Shown: one piece after another, positions 29,508 to 44,870 of the stretch
How the letters are laid out: each line of letters opens with the position of its first letter
How positions within the stretch are numbered: position 1 is the stretch's first letter
Assembly: GCF_009914755.1 (NCBI RefSeq)
Contig: NC_060945.1
Length of the DNA: 64,000 nucleotides
Source: the human T2T-CHM13v2.0 reference genome, Homo sapiens
Strand: one strand, 5' to 3'
Program-made: the position numbers and the translations under genes
Notes under the pieces: generated by a model
Told to the model about the DNA's origin: nothing
The model's database searches: none
Seen by the model: the letters and a program-made list of their open reading frames with translations, nothing else

Positions 29508-30662
29508 AAAATTATTATTTCTTTCTTAAAGGATTAGTAGAATTCAATAGTGAAGCCATTTGAGCCAGGAATTTTACTGTAGAGAATTTTTACCAATAAA
29601 TTTAAATTCTTTAATAGATATAGGGCTATTCAGTTTATCTGTTTTTCCTTGAGTGAGTCTTGATAGTTTGTGTTTCTCAAAAAATATTTTATTTCATCTA
29701 CTTTTCTTAATGTTCTCTTAGTATCATTTTAATACCTGTAGAAGATAAAGTGACGTTATCTCCCTCATTCTTGGTATTAGTCATTTACCAACTCTCTCAC
29801 TTTTCTGGTGAAAAACACACCAATTTTAACAATTTTTTTAAAAGAACTTTTAGTTTCATAGATTTCCTCTATTGTTTCTTTCTGTTCTATAATTTATTGA
29901 TCTCCATTCTGATCTTCATTGTTTGCTTTCTGCTTATAGTTTTAGTTTTATCCTCTTTTTCAGTTTAAAATGGATGCTGAGACCACTATTTAAGACTTTT
30001 TTAAAAATTTCTAATATAAGTTTTTTAGAGCAATAAAATCTCCCTATTTTTTTAGTGGCACTCCCCAAATTCATATATATTGTGTGTTCATTTCTTATTC
30101 AGTTGAAAAAACTTTCTAATTTCCTTCTTCAAATTTTTTTCTGAATTTTTTTTTTTGACACAGATCATTTAAAAGAGTGCTATTCAGTATTCAGGTACTT
30201 GGTTATTTCTCAGAGATGTTATTGTTAGTGATTTAATTTCATTATGATCAAACAACATATTTTATACAACTTGAATTTAAAACAAATTTATCTGAGATTT
30301 GTTTTGTTGCTCTGAGTATGGTCTATATTAGTAAATGTCTGTGTGTCTCAGAAGAGAATTTATATTGTGCTGTTGTTGGATAGAATGTTCTTTATTTAAA
30401 GGTCAATTACATCAAATTGATTGATAGTGTCATTCACGTGTTTTTTTGTTCTTACTGATTTTCTGTCTACTTCTACCAATTATTGAACTAGGAGTATTGA
30501 AATCTCCGGCTATAATTTTTGATATGTCTGATTCTCATTGCAGTTCTATCCATTTTTACTTTATGTATTTTGAAGTTTTGTTGTTGGGTACATAAACATT
30601 TACAATAGTCATATCCTCTTCACCTCCCCCCTTTACATTATGAAATGAACTGCTTTAGCTCT

Positions 30663-30842
30663 GAGCACAGGGGATTTTTAGGGCAGTGAAACTGTTCTTT
30701 ATGATACTGTAATGGTGATACCTGCCATTATGCATACAACTTACAACATAGAGTGAAATTTAATGTGAACTATGGACTTCAGTTAATAATAATGTATAAA
30801 TACGAGCTTATTGTCACAAATGTATCACACTAATGCAAGATG
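30663..30842 (+). repeat. Inverted copy of 32459-32643 flanked by 10-bp direct repeat gctctgagca
   Basis: Reverse-complement match with ~8 substitutions and 2 microsatellite indels. Confidence 0.93.
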
Positions 30843-31721
30843 CTCTGAGCAAACAGTGTATTTGTTTGGAAATACACTTTGCTTAATATTAATGTGGCTA
30901 TTCTAGCTTTCTTTCAGTGTTTTACTTTAATTAGGTTGATTTGATTTGATGAGGATGGTATATCATTTTTATCCTTTTACTTTTAAGCTATTTGTGCCTT
31001 TGTATTTAAAGAATGTTTCTTTTAAGCAGTGTTAAATCCAATCTGGCAATTTCTGCCTTATAATTCAGGTTACTGGAACATTTAAATTTAATGTGGATAT
31101 TGATACGGTTAGGTTTATCATTTTGCTATTTGATATGTATTTTTTTTTTACCGTGTTTCCTTTTTCTTATCATTTTCTTCTTTGTTTTGGATTGAGGATT
31201 TTTTAATGATTCTATTTTTTCTCCTTTGTGGGCTTATTAGCTATAACTCTGTTTTGTTATTTTAGAGGTTGCTTTAGGTTTTGTAGTATACATTTGTAAC
31301 TTATCACCATCTATATTCAGGTGACATTACACAACTTCACATATAGCAAAATAACCTCCAATATTACACTCCCATGTCTTCACTGTAGGCCTTAATGCTA
31401 TTGTTGCTATAAGTTTTACTTCTGCCTATGTTACAAACTACCTAAGACATTGTTACTATTTTTGTCTAAATAGCCAATTATTTTTTAAAATATTGCAATT
31501 TTTTAAAAAATCTGATTTAGATACTCATGTAGTTACCATTTTCATTGCAGTTCTTTCCTTTGAGTAGATCTAAGATTTGATCAGGTGTCATTTTTTTCTT
31601 CTGATTCTAGAACTTCCTTTAAGATTTCTTGTAGTAGGATTCAGCTGATGATAAATTTTCTGCTATTTTGTGTCTGAGAAAGCCTTCATCTCACCATTAT
31701 TTTATAAATTTACTTCCACTC

Positions 31722-32149
<428 letters not shown>

Positions 32150-32885
32150 TTATGATGTGCCTTTGTGCATTTTTTCTTCACGTGTCTTGAGCTTGGGGTT
32201 TGTTGAGCTCCTTGGATCTGTGGGTTTATAGTTTTCAACAAATTTGGAAAATTTTGGCCTGCATTTTTCCACTTCTTTTTAAATTTCACCATCCCTTCCC
32301 TTGGGGCTTAATTTGTCATTAAGCTTCCTGAAGCATGTTTTAATTTTTTTGAATAAAGCTTGATTTTTTTTTAGAGCAGTTGTAGGTTTAGAGAAAAGTT
32401 CACAGCAGGTTCCCATATTCTCCCTCTTGCCACATCCTTTAATTTCTTTCATTATTATCATCTTGCATTAATGTGATACATTTGTGACAATAAACTCATA
32501 TTTATACATTATTATTATTAACTAAAGTCCATAGTTCACACTAAGTTTCACTCTATGTTGTAAGTTCTATGCATAATGGCAGGTATCACCATTACAGTAT
32601 CATACAGAACAGTTTCACTGCCCTAAAAAAATCCCCTGTGCTCCGTCTGTTCAACCCTCCCTCCCTCCTGACTATCCCCTGGAAACTACTGATCTTTCTA
32701 CTGTCTCTCTAGTTTATCTCTTCCAGAATGTCAAGTAGGTGGAAGGGTATACTATGTTGCTTTTCCAGACTGGCTTCTTTCACTTAGTAACAGGCATTTA
32801 AATTTCCCCCATATCTTTTCATAGCTTGATAGCACATTTTTTCTATCGCTGACTAATACTTCATTTTATACTATAATTTGTCTAA

Positions 32886-33651
32886 TGTTAAAGAAAAATT
32901 GTAGCTGGGCCCTGTGGCTCATTCCTGTAATCCCAACACTTTGGGAAGCTGAGGCAGGCAGATGGCTTGAGCCCAGAAATTTGAGACCGGCCTGGGTAAC
33001 ATAGTGAGAATACCCTCTACAAAATTTTTTTTTTTAAAGAATTAGCCAGGTGTGGTGACTTATGCCTGTAGCCGCAGCTACTTGGGAGGCTGAGGGGAAT
33101 CACCTGAGCCCAGAAGTTGAGGCTGCAGTGAGCCACGATCCCATCACTGCACTCCGACCTGGACAAGAGAGGGAGATGTCCTCTCAAAAATATTAAAGAA
33201 CAGAAAAAAATGTTCTAACACTTATTAAAAAGATAAGATTATATTCATGTCTGTTCCAGTAGGAGTCATCTATGATGACTGCAACAGGGAAGGGTAATTC
33301 AACTTCATATTCAACAAGGATAAGTGAGGGTTTATAGCCAATGAACACAGTGAGGGGAGCAGTGGGTGGAAAATTAGAAAGAGGAGACATCAAGGGATGA
33401 GGATTCTTGCTAAACTGGCCTAACAGATTCTTGCTAAAATCAGGCCAAACATGTATACATCAAAGATGGGACTGGAAGAACTTGATCAGATATTAAGAGT
33501 GATCAAGTATCAAGAGTAAGGGGATGATTTAGCAGGATTCTTGCTAAAGCTGGGGACAAGAGACCAGATGTGAAAAGCTAAGGTTGAGAACTAGTTGAGA
33601 GGAGGGCTCAGAGGAGCCTTTCCAAAGTTAGTCAAGGAGAGATTCTTTATC
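32886..33651 (-). mobile_element. ERV1 LTR (MER31-like) interrupted by an AluJ
   Basis: tgttaaagaaaaatt...tttatagccaa...gtggaaaatta...gattcttgctaaa repeats. Confidence 0.7.
32904..33200 (+). mobile_element. AluJ
   Basis: Dimeric Alu with J-type motifs. Confidence 0.9.
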
Positions 33652-33896
33652 CCCATCCACTCACATACTAAACAACATCTTTGTTGCTTCCATGTTTTGG
33701 CAATTAGGAATAAAGTTGCTATACAAATTTATGTGCAGATTTTGATATTCTTTATCCCAAAGCATAAGGCAAGCATAGGACACATCTTATTTCCAGCTCC
33801 TTAAGGAATGCTTTCCTCTACTGCCTGAGGTCCAGTCTTGAAAATGGTTGCTTCAGATATTTTGTCTGCATTTTTCGTTGTTTTTTTTCAGTTGGT

Positions 33897-34261
33897 TGTA
33901 TTAGTCCATTCTCACACTGCTATGAAGAAATACCCAAGACTGGGCAATTTATAAAGAAAAGAGGTTTAATTAACTCACAGTTTCAACTGCCTGGGGAGGC
34001 CTCAGGAAACGTACAATCATGGCATAAGGCACCTCTTCACAGGGTGGCAGGAGAGAGAATGAATGCAAGCAACGGAAGTGCCAGATGCTTATAAAACCAT
34101 CAGATCTCGTGAGACTCACTCACTCTCACGAGAACAGAATGGGGGAAACTTACCCCATGATTCAATGACCTTCCACTGGGTCCCTCCCAGGACCCATGGG
34201 GATTATGGGGATTATCATTCAAGATGAGATTTGGGTGCGGACATAGAGTTAAACCCTATCA
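33897..34261 (-). mobile_element. THE1 (C/D-like) solo LTR
   Basis: tgtattagtccattctcacactgcta...ccatcagatctcgtgagact...aaaccctatca. Confidence 0.92.
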
Positions 34262-34372
34262 GCCTCAGGACACTGGTTTTTGGTTGTTTCAGATAAAAGG
34301 GTAAATGTGGCTCCCACACCTCCATCTCGGCCACAAGCAAAAGTCCTAGTCAAATGTTAGAAAGCAGTTTGT

Positions 34373-34688
34373 GGCCGGGGTCGCTCATGCCTGTAATCCC
34401 AGCACTTTGGGAGGCCGAGGTGGGCAGATCACGAGGTCAGGAGATGGAGACCATCCTGGCTAACACGGTGAAACCCCATCTCTACTGAAAATACAAAAAA
34501 GTTAGCTGGGTGTGGTGGCGGGTGCCTGTAGTCCCAGCTACTCTGGAGGCTGGGCAGGAAAACGGCGTGAACCCGGGAGGTGGAGCTTGCAGTGAGCCGA
34601 GATCGCGCGACTGCACTCCAGCCTGGGAAACAGAGCGAGACTCCAGTCTCAAAAAAAAAAAAAAAAGAAAGAAAGAAAGAAAGAAAGC
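34373..34688 (+). mobile_element. AluY
   Basis: ctaacacggtgaaacc, ggcgtgaacccgggagg, ggagcttgcagtg. Confidence 0.95.
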
Positions 34689-36855
34689 ACAGTCTGCTAA
34701 GGAGAAAACAATCATGAGAAATCTTCTGACTTGCCCAGGATCAGGCGGCTCATTGCTACTTGCTCTGTAGCAAAGGCAGCCTGGGTAAGGAGCAATACTG
34801 TCTGAAGTGGCCCACCTGCATTCCAGCCCTTAGAACAGGCAAGAAAATATCTTATGTTAGGACTAGGATTGATGATTAATGAGACATGATGAGTAAACCT
34901 TCCTTCAATTGCTAGCACCCAGACCTAGGTCAAAATTTCTGAAATTTAAGAATGAGAATCCCTTGTGCTGCCAAGGGAAAGATTATGAAGTCATTCTACC
35001 TAATAGCTTATTCCAGGAAAATCCAAACACCAATCTACAGGGATATTTAGACATTTAGGATGACCTGATACAGAAGAGGATACCCCGTGAGTGAGCAGTC
35101 ATCACCCTCAAACCTACCCTTCAGCTGTCAAAGGGTAGCATTTATGCCCTTCATCTGTCTTTTTGAACAAGCTTCCAGTTCTGTACTCATATTTACATAA
35201 ACAGGATGAAAAAAGATTTTCAAGTATCCAGTGAACAACCTAAAAGATTATTATAACCATTATGTGTTCACAATAAAAAGCAAAATGAAATCAGGAGAGA
35301 AATTTGATTTGGGTAATATGACTGCCCATCTTATATGTTCAAACTGATACAGTAGTCATCCATATGCTGGATTCATAGTCCATAGGGTTTCAGATGTCAA
35401 GAACGCCAGCACATAAATAGTAAAAGCACAACTGGGTAGGAAGAGGCAGGTAGCACAGACGCCAGACAAGATGATGCAATGTCCATGCTCTAAAACTTTC
35501 AGTGTCATGCAAAAACAATGAATTCTATGACTAATTTAGAAGATGATAGTTAAAACAGGAGTAAGCATTTCATTCCTTTATCTGACAGAAAATCCAAGGC
35601 AGACATAATGGATTAATACGCACAGATGGAGCTGTTTGAAATTCTAGGTTTCCCTATAAGTGGTGTTTTGCAGATTATAAATACGCTTTTATAACACATC
35701 ATTAAAATGTGCAGTCTTCCCAGTAAAAGTCATTCACTGTATCTCCCTGTTTGTCAGGTTTAGAGGTCCCTATACAAATTGCATTGTAATTATTTGACAC
35801 ATCAAATTTTCATATATCTTGATTAAAGACAATCCTTTTTTTCTTTCTTATGTGAATTCTCATGCAGGTCTTGGAATTCATGAGCATGTCACAAAGATCA
35901 AAATATAGTTGGGAAAATGACTAGCTAGCAGCATGAGTCATAGTCTAATGTTTGATGGCTTACATCAAAGAGATCATATGCAGGAATTCAGAAACACCTC
36001 ATATTTTTCTCATGTTGTGATGTCTTCTACCAGCACCTACTCACTTACTGAAGAAATTATTGCAAAGCTCCCCCAGCTACCTGGTGTATAAGAAAAAAAT
36101 CAAAGTCACATTCTCTTTGCCCTGCTATTATATTATGTCAGTCTACACAAGTATTTCAGAGCTAGACTTAAAAAAATTAAAATGCTGTTTGCTAACAGGA
36201 GTCTAGCTGTGAGTTTGTTTTGCAGGGCTTTGTTAAATCTATAGAACCACACAATCTGTCCTGTATATATAGCCCTTGATGTCTGTGTATCTCAGGCAGT
36301 ATTCTTTCCTGGGTTGACTTGTAGCAATGGTGATTAAAAAAAGACACAATATGTTGTTAAAAGGAACATAGCCCATTCAGGATTTATGTACTGACAACAT
36401 TTCAGCAACATGTGATACAGTCAAAAATGTTAAAATAGCCTTTCTATTTCACAAGGAAAGCAAGGATATTAGATTGATTCTGTTTCCATAACAGTACATC
36501 TTGATGCTATGGTTTTATTCCAGCTCAACCATTTGTCATTTTTTTCTCTCTCTTTCTCCTCCCCTAGGATGGGGTAGGGGAAGGGCAAGTGGGAAAAAAG
36601 GAGGGGTGGAAGCAAACACATTGGGTTTGAGACACTGAAAATTTGAATTAGAGTATCAAATTAGACAAAATATAAGGAGGCTGGGATGTTAGAACTTGCC
36701 AACTTGCTAATCACTGCTTTCTTTCAAGGTTTAGTTCCAACAATGTAAGGCACTTTGAAATCTAAACAAGGAGACCTTAAAGAAGTCATCAGCAAGGTCA
36801 GAATGAACTGATGATGGGGTTTTCATTGGTTCTCTGCTGTGATGGCATTTTGCTA

Positions 36856-37314
<459 letters not shown>

Positions 37315-37529
37315 TCAGAAAGTTATCCTGAAAATTAATCATGAGGCGCAGGCTCAAATAAAACCAAATAATTCAAATTTTCTGAAAATGCTGTGAGCAG
37401 ACAGGCTGATACTAAAAAATAAGGCACCATCCTAATTTCACATTTTGTACACAAACTGTTAAGTTATCCTGGATGTTAATTTTTAATAGATTGTTTTTTT
37501 GCCTCATGCCCCAAACCCTGTTCTCTCCC

Positions 37530-37700
37530 CACACTGACCACCATTGGACTGTATATATTTTATATTCACTTATTGTCTATCTTCTGCCACTAGAGATAAG
37601 CCTCATGAGGACAAGGTCTTAATTTACTCCCACTATTACCTGGAGCATAGAGCCCAGCTCTCACTGGACTCTCAGTAAAGGGAAGCTGAATGTGTGAATG
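37530..37700 (+). mobile_element. L2 3' end fragment
   Basis: cactagagataagcctcatgaggacaagg...ctcagtaaa...gaatgtgtgaatg. Confidence 0.6.
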
Positions 37701-37813
37701 CCTAGATCTTGTTGCTGGGATCAAATTGCTCTCTTTACTAGCTTCACTGAGGGTTATTATGCAATGAAATTTGCCACATTTTTAATTAAAATTGCAAATC
37801 ATATGTAAAACAT

Positions 37814-38684
37814 TTTATTTTTTATTATACTTTAAGTTCTGGGATACATGTGCAGAATGTGCAGGTTTGTCACATAGGTATACACGTGCCGTGGTGGTTT
37901 GCTGCACCCATCAACCCGTCATCTACATTAGGTATTTCTCCTAATGCTATCCCTCCCCTAGTTCCCCAACCCCAACAGGCCCCGGTGTGTGATGTTCCCC
38001 TCCCTGTGTCCACGTGTTCTCATTGTTCAACTCCCACTTATGAGTGAGAACACGCGGTGTTTGCTTTTCTGTTCCTGTGTTAGTTTGTTGAGAATGATGG
38101 TTTCCAGCTTCATCTACATCCCTGCAAAGGATATGAACTCATCGTTTTTTATGGCTGCATAGTATTCCATGGTGTGTATGTGCCACATTTTCTTTATCCA
38201 GTCTATCATTGATGGGCATTTGGGTTGGTTCCAAGTCTTTGCTATTGTGAATAGTGCCACAATAAACATATGTGTGCATGTGTCTTTATAGTACAATAAT
38301 TTATAATCTTTTGGGTGTATACCCAGTAATGGGATTGCTGGGTCAACTGGTATTTCTGGTTCTAGATCCTTGAGGAATCTCCACACTGTCTTCCACAATG
38401 GTTGAACTAATTTACACTCCCACCAACAGTGTTAAAGCGTTCCTATTTCTCCACATCCTCTCCAGCATCTGTTGTTTCCTGACTTTTTAATGGTCACCAT
38501 TCTAACTGGCATGAGATGGTATCTCATTGTGGCTTTGATTTGCATTTCTCTAATACCAGTGATGATGAGCTTTTTTTCACGTTTGTTGGCTGCATAAATG
38601 TCTTCTTTTGAGAAGAGTCTGTTTATATCATTTGCCCACTTTTTGATGGGGTTTTTTTTCTTGTAAATTTAAGTTCTTTGTAGA
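37814..38684 (-). mobile_element. 5'-truncated L1PA (PA7-like): ORF2 C-terminus plus 3' UTR
   Basis: ORF 38114-38398 (MWKTVWRFLKDLEPEIP...WHIHTMEYYAAIK) is the L1 ORF2 C-terminus; TSD gtaaaacat/gtaaagcat. Confidence 0.95.
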
Positions 38685-39981
38685 GTAAAGCATGTTAAAA
38701 AAGCACCATTATCAGAAAATACAATGTCAAATCAACAATACACTTTTATTTAAAATAGGACATAACAATAAAGAGAATTTTGACAAAAGCATGACTCAAC
38801 TCCACCAGCCTACAGTGTCTGTTTTGATTTTTACATTTCCCTTGTGGTCCACCTGCCTCCATGCCTTATCTATATAATTATATCATGTTAAAGTGTACAT
38901 ACGTAAAATGTACCATTTTTATAACTGTTTAATTCTTTTATACATCATCTACATTATTCCATGGTTCTATACGGACTTCACAAGTAAATATCAGTGAATG
39001 CACAATTTATACATATTCTTATGAACTGTTTTTCTGCTCTTTTCATTTAAATTGTTTCTCTTTTCGCTTCTACAAGTAAATATCATCAAATGTGTTCATA
39101 CACATTTGGCTTTTTAATTCATTTAAGGGCCTATAACAAGTGTTTCTGGAGTGTTGGTTATGTGAAGAAATAAAACGTGACTTCCAGAATTTACAAGTTA
39201 AATAAAAGATTTATAAATATAATGAAGGCCTACTTGTCACACATCTGAGCTTCTCCATGACTTTCTAAAGCAGGTGCATACCTAGTTACATATTTGTAAG
39301 AGAGAAGAGAAGCCCCAGATATTTCGAATGAACTTCACTGGTCAGAAGTGAGAATAACATTTATTGTATGCTTCATAGTATCTCATACCAGACAACCTTC
39401 TAACACTCGAGATGAACAACAGCTCCGCTAGGTAAACAAAGGCTCCACTTTGCAGACGGTGACATGGAGATTCACAGGGCTGTCACTTGACCAAGGACAC
39501 AGGATACAGGCTGTCACTTGAGCAAGAACGCAGGGCTAGGAGGTGGCAGAACTAGATTCAGTCTTTCTGATGAAGGCTTTTGAGATTTTTGTTTTCTCAT
39601 CTTAGAACCAAATGTGGCATAACAGTCCCCCCTCATTTGTGTGGGGATTACAGGCAGCTCTGTATAGAGTGGGTCTATGGCCTGTGCTTCCAGATCTAGT
39701 CTTTCTCCGTGGTGTGGAGCTGAGGGGTTACAGGCTCCTGCTATGTGCTGGGGTTGCTACTAAGTCTATGTGATAAAATACATGAGCCCCTCACTTTGCC
39801 TGTAGTTAACTGACATGATTTGGTAAGAAAGAGATGAAGAAATTAACACTATTTACAAAGGTGATTGGACTCATCTTATAATAATAAGATTTAACCTGCT
39901 CACTAAATGTGAGGGTAGCGGGTGGTCTCCACCCTGCTGTTAGGAAGCACAGCATCCAAGCATTGGCACAAGGCTGAATAG

Positions 39982-40410
39982 ATGTGGTTGACTCTACTCA
40001 CAGCATGTTCTTCCCTGCTGCCACTTGGTGGACACTGTGGGGCTCCCTTCAGATTTCCTCTTTAGCGCCAATGCACCCTGCCCCAAAGCAGCTGGAAAGA
40101 TCCTATGTTGAGTCCTACACTGGGAACCAGCCCAAGTTACAGGGAACTGCCTTGTCTGAGGCCTGCAGGGAATGACTGGTCAAAGGTGGCTCCACAAGCC
40201 TGGCCCCCTCGTGTTAAGTTGCAACAATGCTGAAGGTGCATCCCACCTGAGACCGCTATCATCAGAGCTTTGCAGAGAAGCTTCTCCCTCCACTCATTCT
40301 GCCTTCCTCACACCCTTGCTGATGTCTCTCTTGAGAATACACTCCCAGGAGGCCTTCTGCATGCAACTCTTCCTCTGAGCATCTCCCTTCAGGTAACTCA
40401 ACAGGAGACA
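39982..40410 (+). mobile_element. ERVL LTR (LTR16-like)
   Basis: cttctccctccactcattctgccttcctcac...ctgcatgcaactct...ggagaca. Confidence 0.55.
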
Positions 40411-40746
40411 TCAAATGAGGCTCTGCTAGTTACCCTCTACAACCATGTCTTTCTGAAATGTTTTTCTATTTTAAATAAAGTAATCAGAAAGTGCCAACTA
40501 ACATCCCATGTAAGCTCCCCAATAGAGCATGAGCAATAAATAAAATACACCAAGATGGAAGAAAGTACTAAATCTGGATTATCACTGGATTAAAACATTT
40601 TTACAAGCAATAATTATTACATTGAATAAGGCAATGACACAACTAAGACTCTCAGGCTGTTATGTTTTTGGGAACCCATTGAATCTGGACAGTGACAGTG
40701 TGTAGTTTGTTTTATGAAAACATACTCATGTAAGAATCTAACATTT

Positions 40747-40964
<218 letters not shown>

Positions 40965-41280
40965 AAGAATCTAACATTTATCTATTATATAAACATTTTG
41001 ATTTTTAGTTAAACTTCACATATTCAATGGGCTCATAGCCCTAAGCCTAATGCCTAGCAAGCTGTGTGTGTTTCGTAAATGCTAGTTGGTGCATTCACTG
41101 TCCCCATATTTTTTCATTTTCCCATCTCATAATTCATGTGGTATGTCAAACTTCTGTTGATAATATAATGTAACCTTTTGAAGTATTTTTGGAATTTCTA
41201 TTTTACAAAATTACAACTCTTTTAAGTAGATTGGAATTACCTCTCACAGTTTAGGAACTGACTGTATAGAAGTTGAGACA

Positions 41281-41304
41281 GAGAGAGAGAGAGAGAGAGA
41301 GAGA
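41281..41304. repeat. (GA)n microsatellite
   Basis: About 12 GA units. Confidence 0.9.
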
Positions 41305-42344
41305 AGGTGGGGGGTACAGGCGAAAGCCTTTAGCGAGGTCCTGATATAGAGAGATGCTTACAAACTGTGGCCCCCCTTCCACTATGAACAGGAAAGCCTA
41401 CATACTGATGTGAATTCTGCTCCCCTGTGAGGGACACACAATGTAGATGTCTCCAAAGTAGATGGGCCCCCGATAAGACCCTCTTTCTCCTTGATCAGGG
41501 GAAGCATCAAAAGCTATTGTCAATCTGTGCGTCTCAAGAAGTGTCTTGTTCAACAATGCTGGAAATAACATGGATGATCTCACACTTGAAGACCTACACC
41601 TCCTTGGGGATGTTGGCAGATGATATCTACCTGACAGGTCCACTACTGGGGTGAGATCTGAGGGTCACTCTGGCTGTTAGGCCATATATGGCACCAATGA
41701 AAACTCTAACTTTTCACTGGTGTCATATAGGATGGAAATGTTACCAGGGCCAAAGGCTTCAATTATAGAAAAGTTTATCAGTATAAACACAGTGGTCAAT
41801 GACACACAATCCTGCAGGGCATTGAGATGTGTGTTGTGTCACAGTTACATTAGGAAACTTGCTCTCGTGTGCCTATATGGAATGTAGACTTCTATTTAGT
41901 AAAACCAAGAAGGTTAACCCCTAACCTCACTAAGGAGAGATGGGAAGGATTGCTGTCTTTCCTTGCACAAATATACCTTAGAGTGCACATGGCAAAACTT
42001 CATTCTTTAACTAAGGTTAGGAAATATATCAATAAATATGTTGGTGTGGGGATGAGGAAGGGCAAGTGTAATGAGATTCCTGGCCTACTATAGCCTAGAA
42101 AGAAAACTTCATTAGGAAGAACTGTTAGAAAGTTATGAGGATGGCATATGGTGGTCAAGATTTGGTATGGTGGAATGAGCTCATGCATTTTAGCACTACA
42201 TCTTGTTAAGAAACTAAATGGTCATGTAACCAGTCATTTAAACACTAAGCACCAACTTTAGATTGTCACAATAAAGGAAGAAGTAGGGAGCAGAATAGAG
42301 GCAGAAGAGACATTAATCTAATAACTAGATGAGCTAATAACTAG

Positions 42345-43288
42345 GCCTGGGCACTCTCCGTGGCTTGCTACCCAAGCTGTCTCGGGACCTATCCGCTGCA
42401 TTGTGACAAAGTATTCCTCAGCTGCCCCAGCCATGGCTCAAGTGGTCCCAGGCCTGGCTTAACTTACTGCTCTGGAAGGTACTAATCATAAACTTTGGTG
42501 GCATCCATGTTGTGTTAATTCTGCAGGTGCACAGAATGCAAAAGCTGTGGGGCATGGCTTTCTCCACCTAAACTTCAAAGACTTCCCAGAAAGCCTGCGG
42601 CCCTGGGCAGAGACTTGTTTTAGAGGTGGAGCCGGCACAAAGAGTCCCCATTAGGGCGGTGCTGAGACGAATTAATGGGCCAGAGCTGCAGCAGAGACTG
42701 TCCACTAGAGTAATGCCTAGTGGAGCCACGGAAGTGGGGCTGGCCCTGAGATCCCAGAACTGTAGAGCTACCAGCACATAACATCAGCCTGGGAGAGCTG
42801 CAGACATAAGACTCCAACCCATGAGAGCTGCTGGGTAAACTGAGCCCAAGAGCCCAACAAAGCCACCAAGGCAGCTTTTCCTGAGGCCCTGGGGACCCAA
42901 TCCCCACCCCAGTGTTCCCCAGGTGAGGGACATGGAATTAAAGGGGTTTCTTATCCAGCTTTAAACTTAAGGTTGTTTTCTCTGTTGGGTTTTAGATTTA
43001 CTTGAAACCTGTTACCTCTTCCTGCCTCTTTCTCCTTTTTGGAATGGGAATGTCCATCCTGTTCCTGTCTCACCATCGAATTTTGGAATTAGATAGCTTG
43101 CTTTGATTCATAGCTCATGGCTGGAGGGAATTTGCCTCTAGATGAATCATGCCTGAGTCTCACTCATATCTGATTCAGATGAGACTTTGGACTTTCAAAC
43201 TGATGCTGGAATTACTTAAGACTTTTGGGGTACTGGGATTCAATGAATGCATTTTGTATGTTAGAAGTTTCAGGAGGCCAGGGCAGAA
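42345..43288 (+). mobile_element. MaLR internal sequence (MST-int-like), 3' part
   Basis: ccagccatggctcaag..., aatgcctagtggagc..., agatgagactttggacttt..., ends in the PPT-like ggaggccagggcagaa before the LTR. Confidence 0.8.
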
Positions 43289-43637
43289 TACCACGATTTG
43301 AATGTTCCTGCCAAAACTCACGTTGAAATTTAATCACCAGGGTAATGGTACTGGGAGGTGGAAACTTTAAAAGGTGACTCGTAAGAGGCAGATCCTTCAT
43401 GAATGGATTATTGTCATTATCACAGGAGTGAGCTCCTTATAAAATAATACATTCTGCCTCCATTTTCTTTCTATCCTGAACACTTGCTTCTGTCTTCCAT
43501 CCTTCCACCTAGGATGACCTTCACCTGATGGCCTTGGACTTCTCAGCCTCCAGAGCCATGAGCCAAATAAACTTCTGTTGTTTACAATTTACTCAGTCTG
43601 TGTATTCTGTTTTAGTAGCAGAAAATGAACCAAGACA
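43289..43637 (+). mobile_element. MaLR 3' LTR (MSTC/D-like)
   Basis: ttgaatgttcctgccaaaactcacgttgaaatttaatc...agcagaaaatgaaccaagaca. Confidence 0.82.
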
Positions 43638-44850
43638 ACAATTCACGAAAGTTTCACTCTTCACACTCATACAGAATAGGTGAAACCTTTTCACATCACT
43701 ATTTTAGTTTCATTATATGCCTGCCTTTATTCCGGAAAGTCAGATCTAGGGGAAGCTGTGTCCATGAGATTTAGCATCCTCCAGGTATCTTACTTGAAAC
43801 ATCCATCGTTTTTCTCTTGGTCTCCATCACTGGCAGAAACCAAGAGTTTGGCCTCCAGGGCCAGTTGGGGCTATGGCTAAGCTGGGAAGCACAGTGAACA
43901 CCAATTGCCAAAAGGTGGCAGAGAAAAATACATTTTGTACAAGCGATAGCTCTTACCCACAGAGAAGAGAGGCAGGGGTGTTCATCAAGTCGTAAGTGTT
44001 TTATAGTTTTCTCTCCCAACCATAACTAAAGTCTTTAGCAATGCTTCATAAGTCAGAATATGAAAATTATTGCTAACTAAGAAATCGGTTCAGATCAGAA
44101 GCATAGTTAATAGTTCAACACGGCAGTTTTCAACTCAAATAAAAATGCTGATAGTAGCACTGTAATTTTACATTTGAGCTTTCCAAGAAACTGACATTAC
44201 CCCAAACATATTGTTAGGAATGAGGTAACTGTCACTCTTCAAGGCTAATTAATTCCACCAGGATTCTTTTATTTTTTTTCCCTACATTATTTTTCTATCA
44301 ACCCGACTGTGGGTAATTTGAACTAAGCAAAATTTGGTCATATTTGAATTTATCCTCTTGTATCCTAAAAGTAGTCTTGTTAAGAATAGCAAGACTTTAA
44401 AAATGTAAATGTATACAAGAAACATTGCTTAATTAAATGTATAGTTTCTTATTGAAAATCTCATTCCACAAGCCAGCTTGTGAAATTATTTAAATGACTG
44501 CAGGAAAAAAATGATAAATAAATGTTTAATCCTAGCAGTTAAAGAGATAAGCGACCTATGGGGGATTACTGTCACTTCTCCTTATATTTTTAAAGAATTT
44601 TACATTAGTCTTTCTCCTTCATGCCACAGGGTTTAATAATGTAACATAAACTCATTCTCTAAGAGACACATCATATGGCCACAGGCAAAAGAAAACCCAA
44701 ACTATATTCCAACAGCTTTTGTTTCTTCCATCTAAGGGACCATCCATCTGCCTAAATAATAGCACTTCTTTTTATAGAGTGCCTCCTGCTCTTTAATACA
44801 GTAACATTTGCTTCCTCCAGTAAGGGCAGAGGCAACCTTAATGTGAATTA

Positions 44851-44870
44851 TGTGTGTGTGTGTGTGTGTG
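44851..44870. repeat. (TG)n microsatellite
   Basis: 10 TG units. Confidence 0.9.

Larger units (their letters stand above)
32340..33745 (-). mobile_element. L1MC-type 3' region, interrupted by a MER31-like LTR and an AluJ
   Basis: ttagagcagttgtaggtttagagaaaag...ctaaagtccatagttcac...; resumes at ~33652. Confidence 0.75.

Noticed and set aside
38114-38398. L1 ORF2 C-terminal ORF
   Set aside because: Part of a 5'-truncated, inactive L1PA; not a host gene.
39475-39540. ~30-bp tandem duplication (also ~23 bp at 10538-10580 and short ones near 26177 and 42319)
   Set aside because: Ordinary slippage-scale duplications inside old repeats.
41495-41623. Short + frame containing VLFNNAG...LTLEDL, reminiscent of the SDR NNAG motif (possible pseudogene)
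   Set aside because: Only ~42 codons between stops, no GxxxGxG or YxxxK motif, and no poly(A)/TSD; most likely chance. tBLASTn would settle it.
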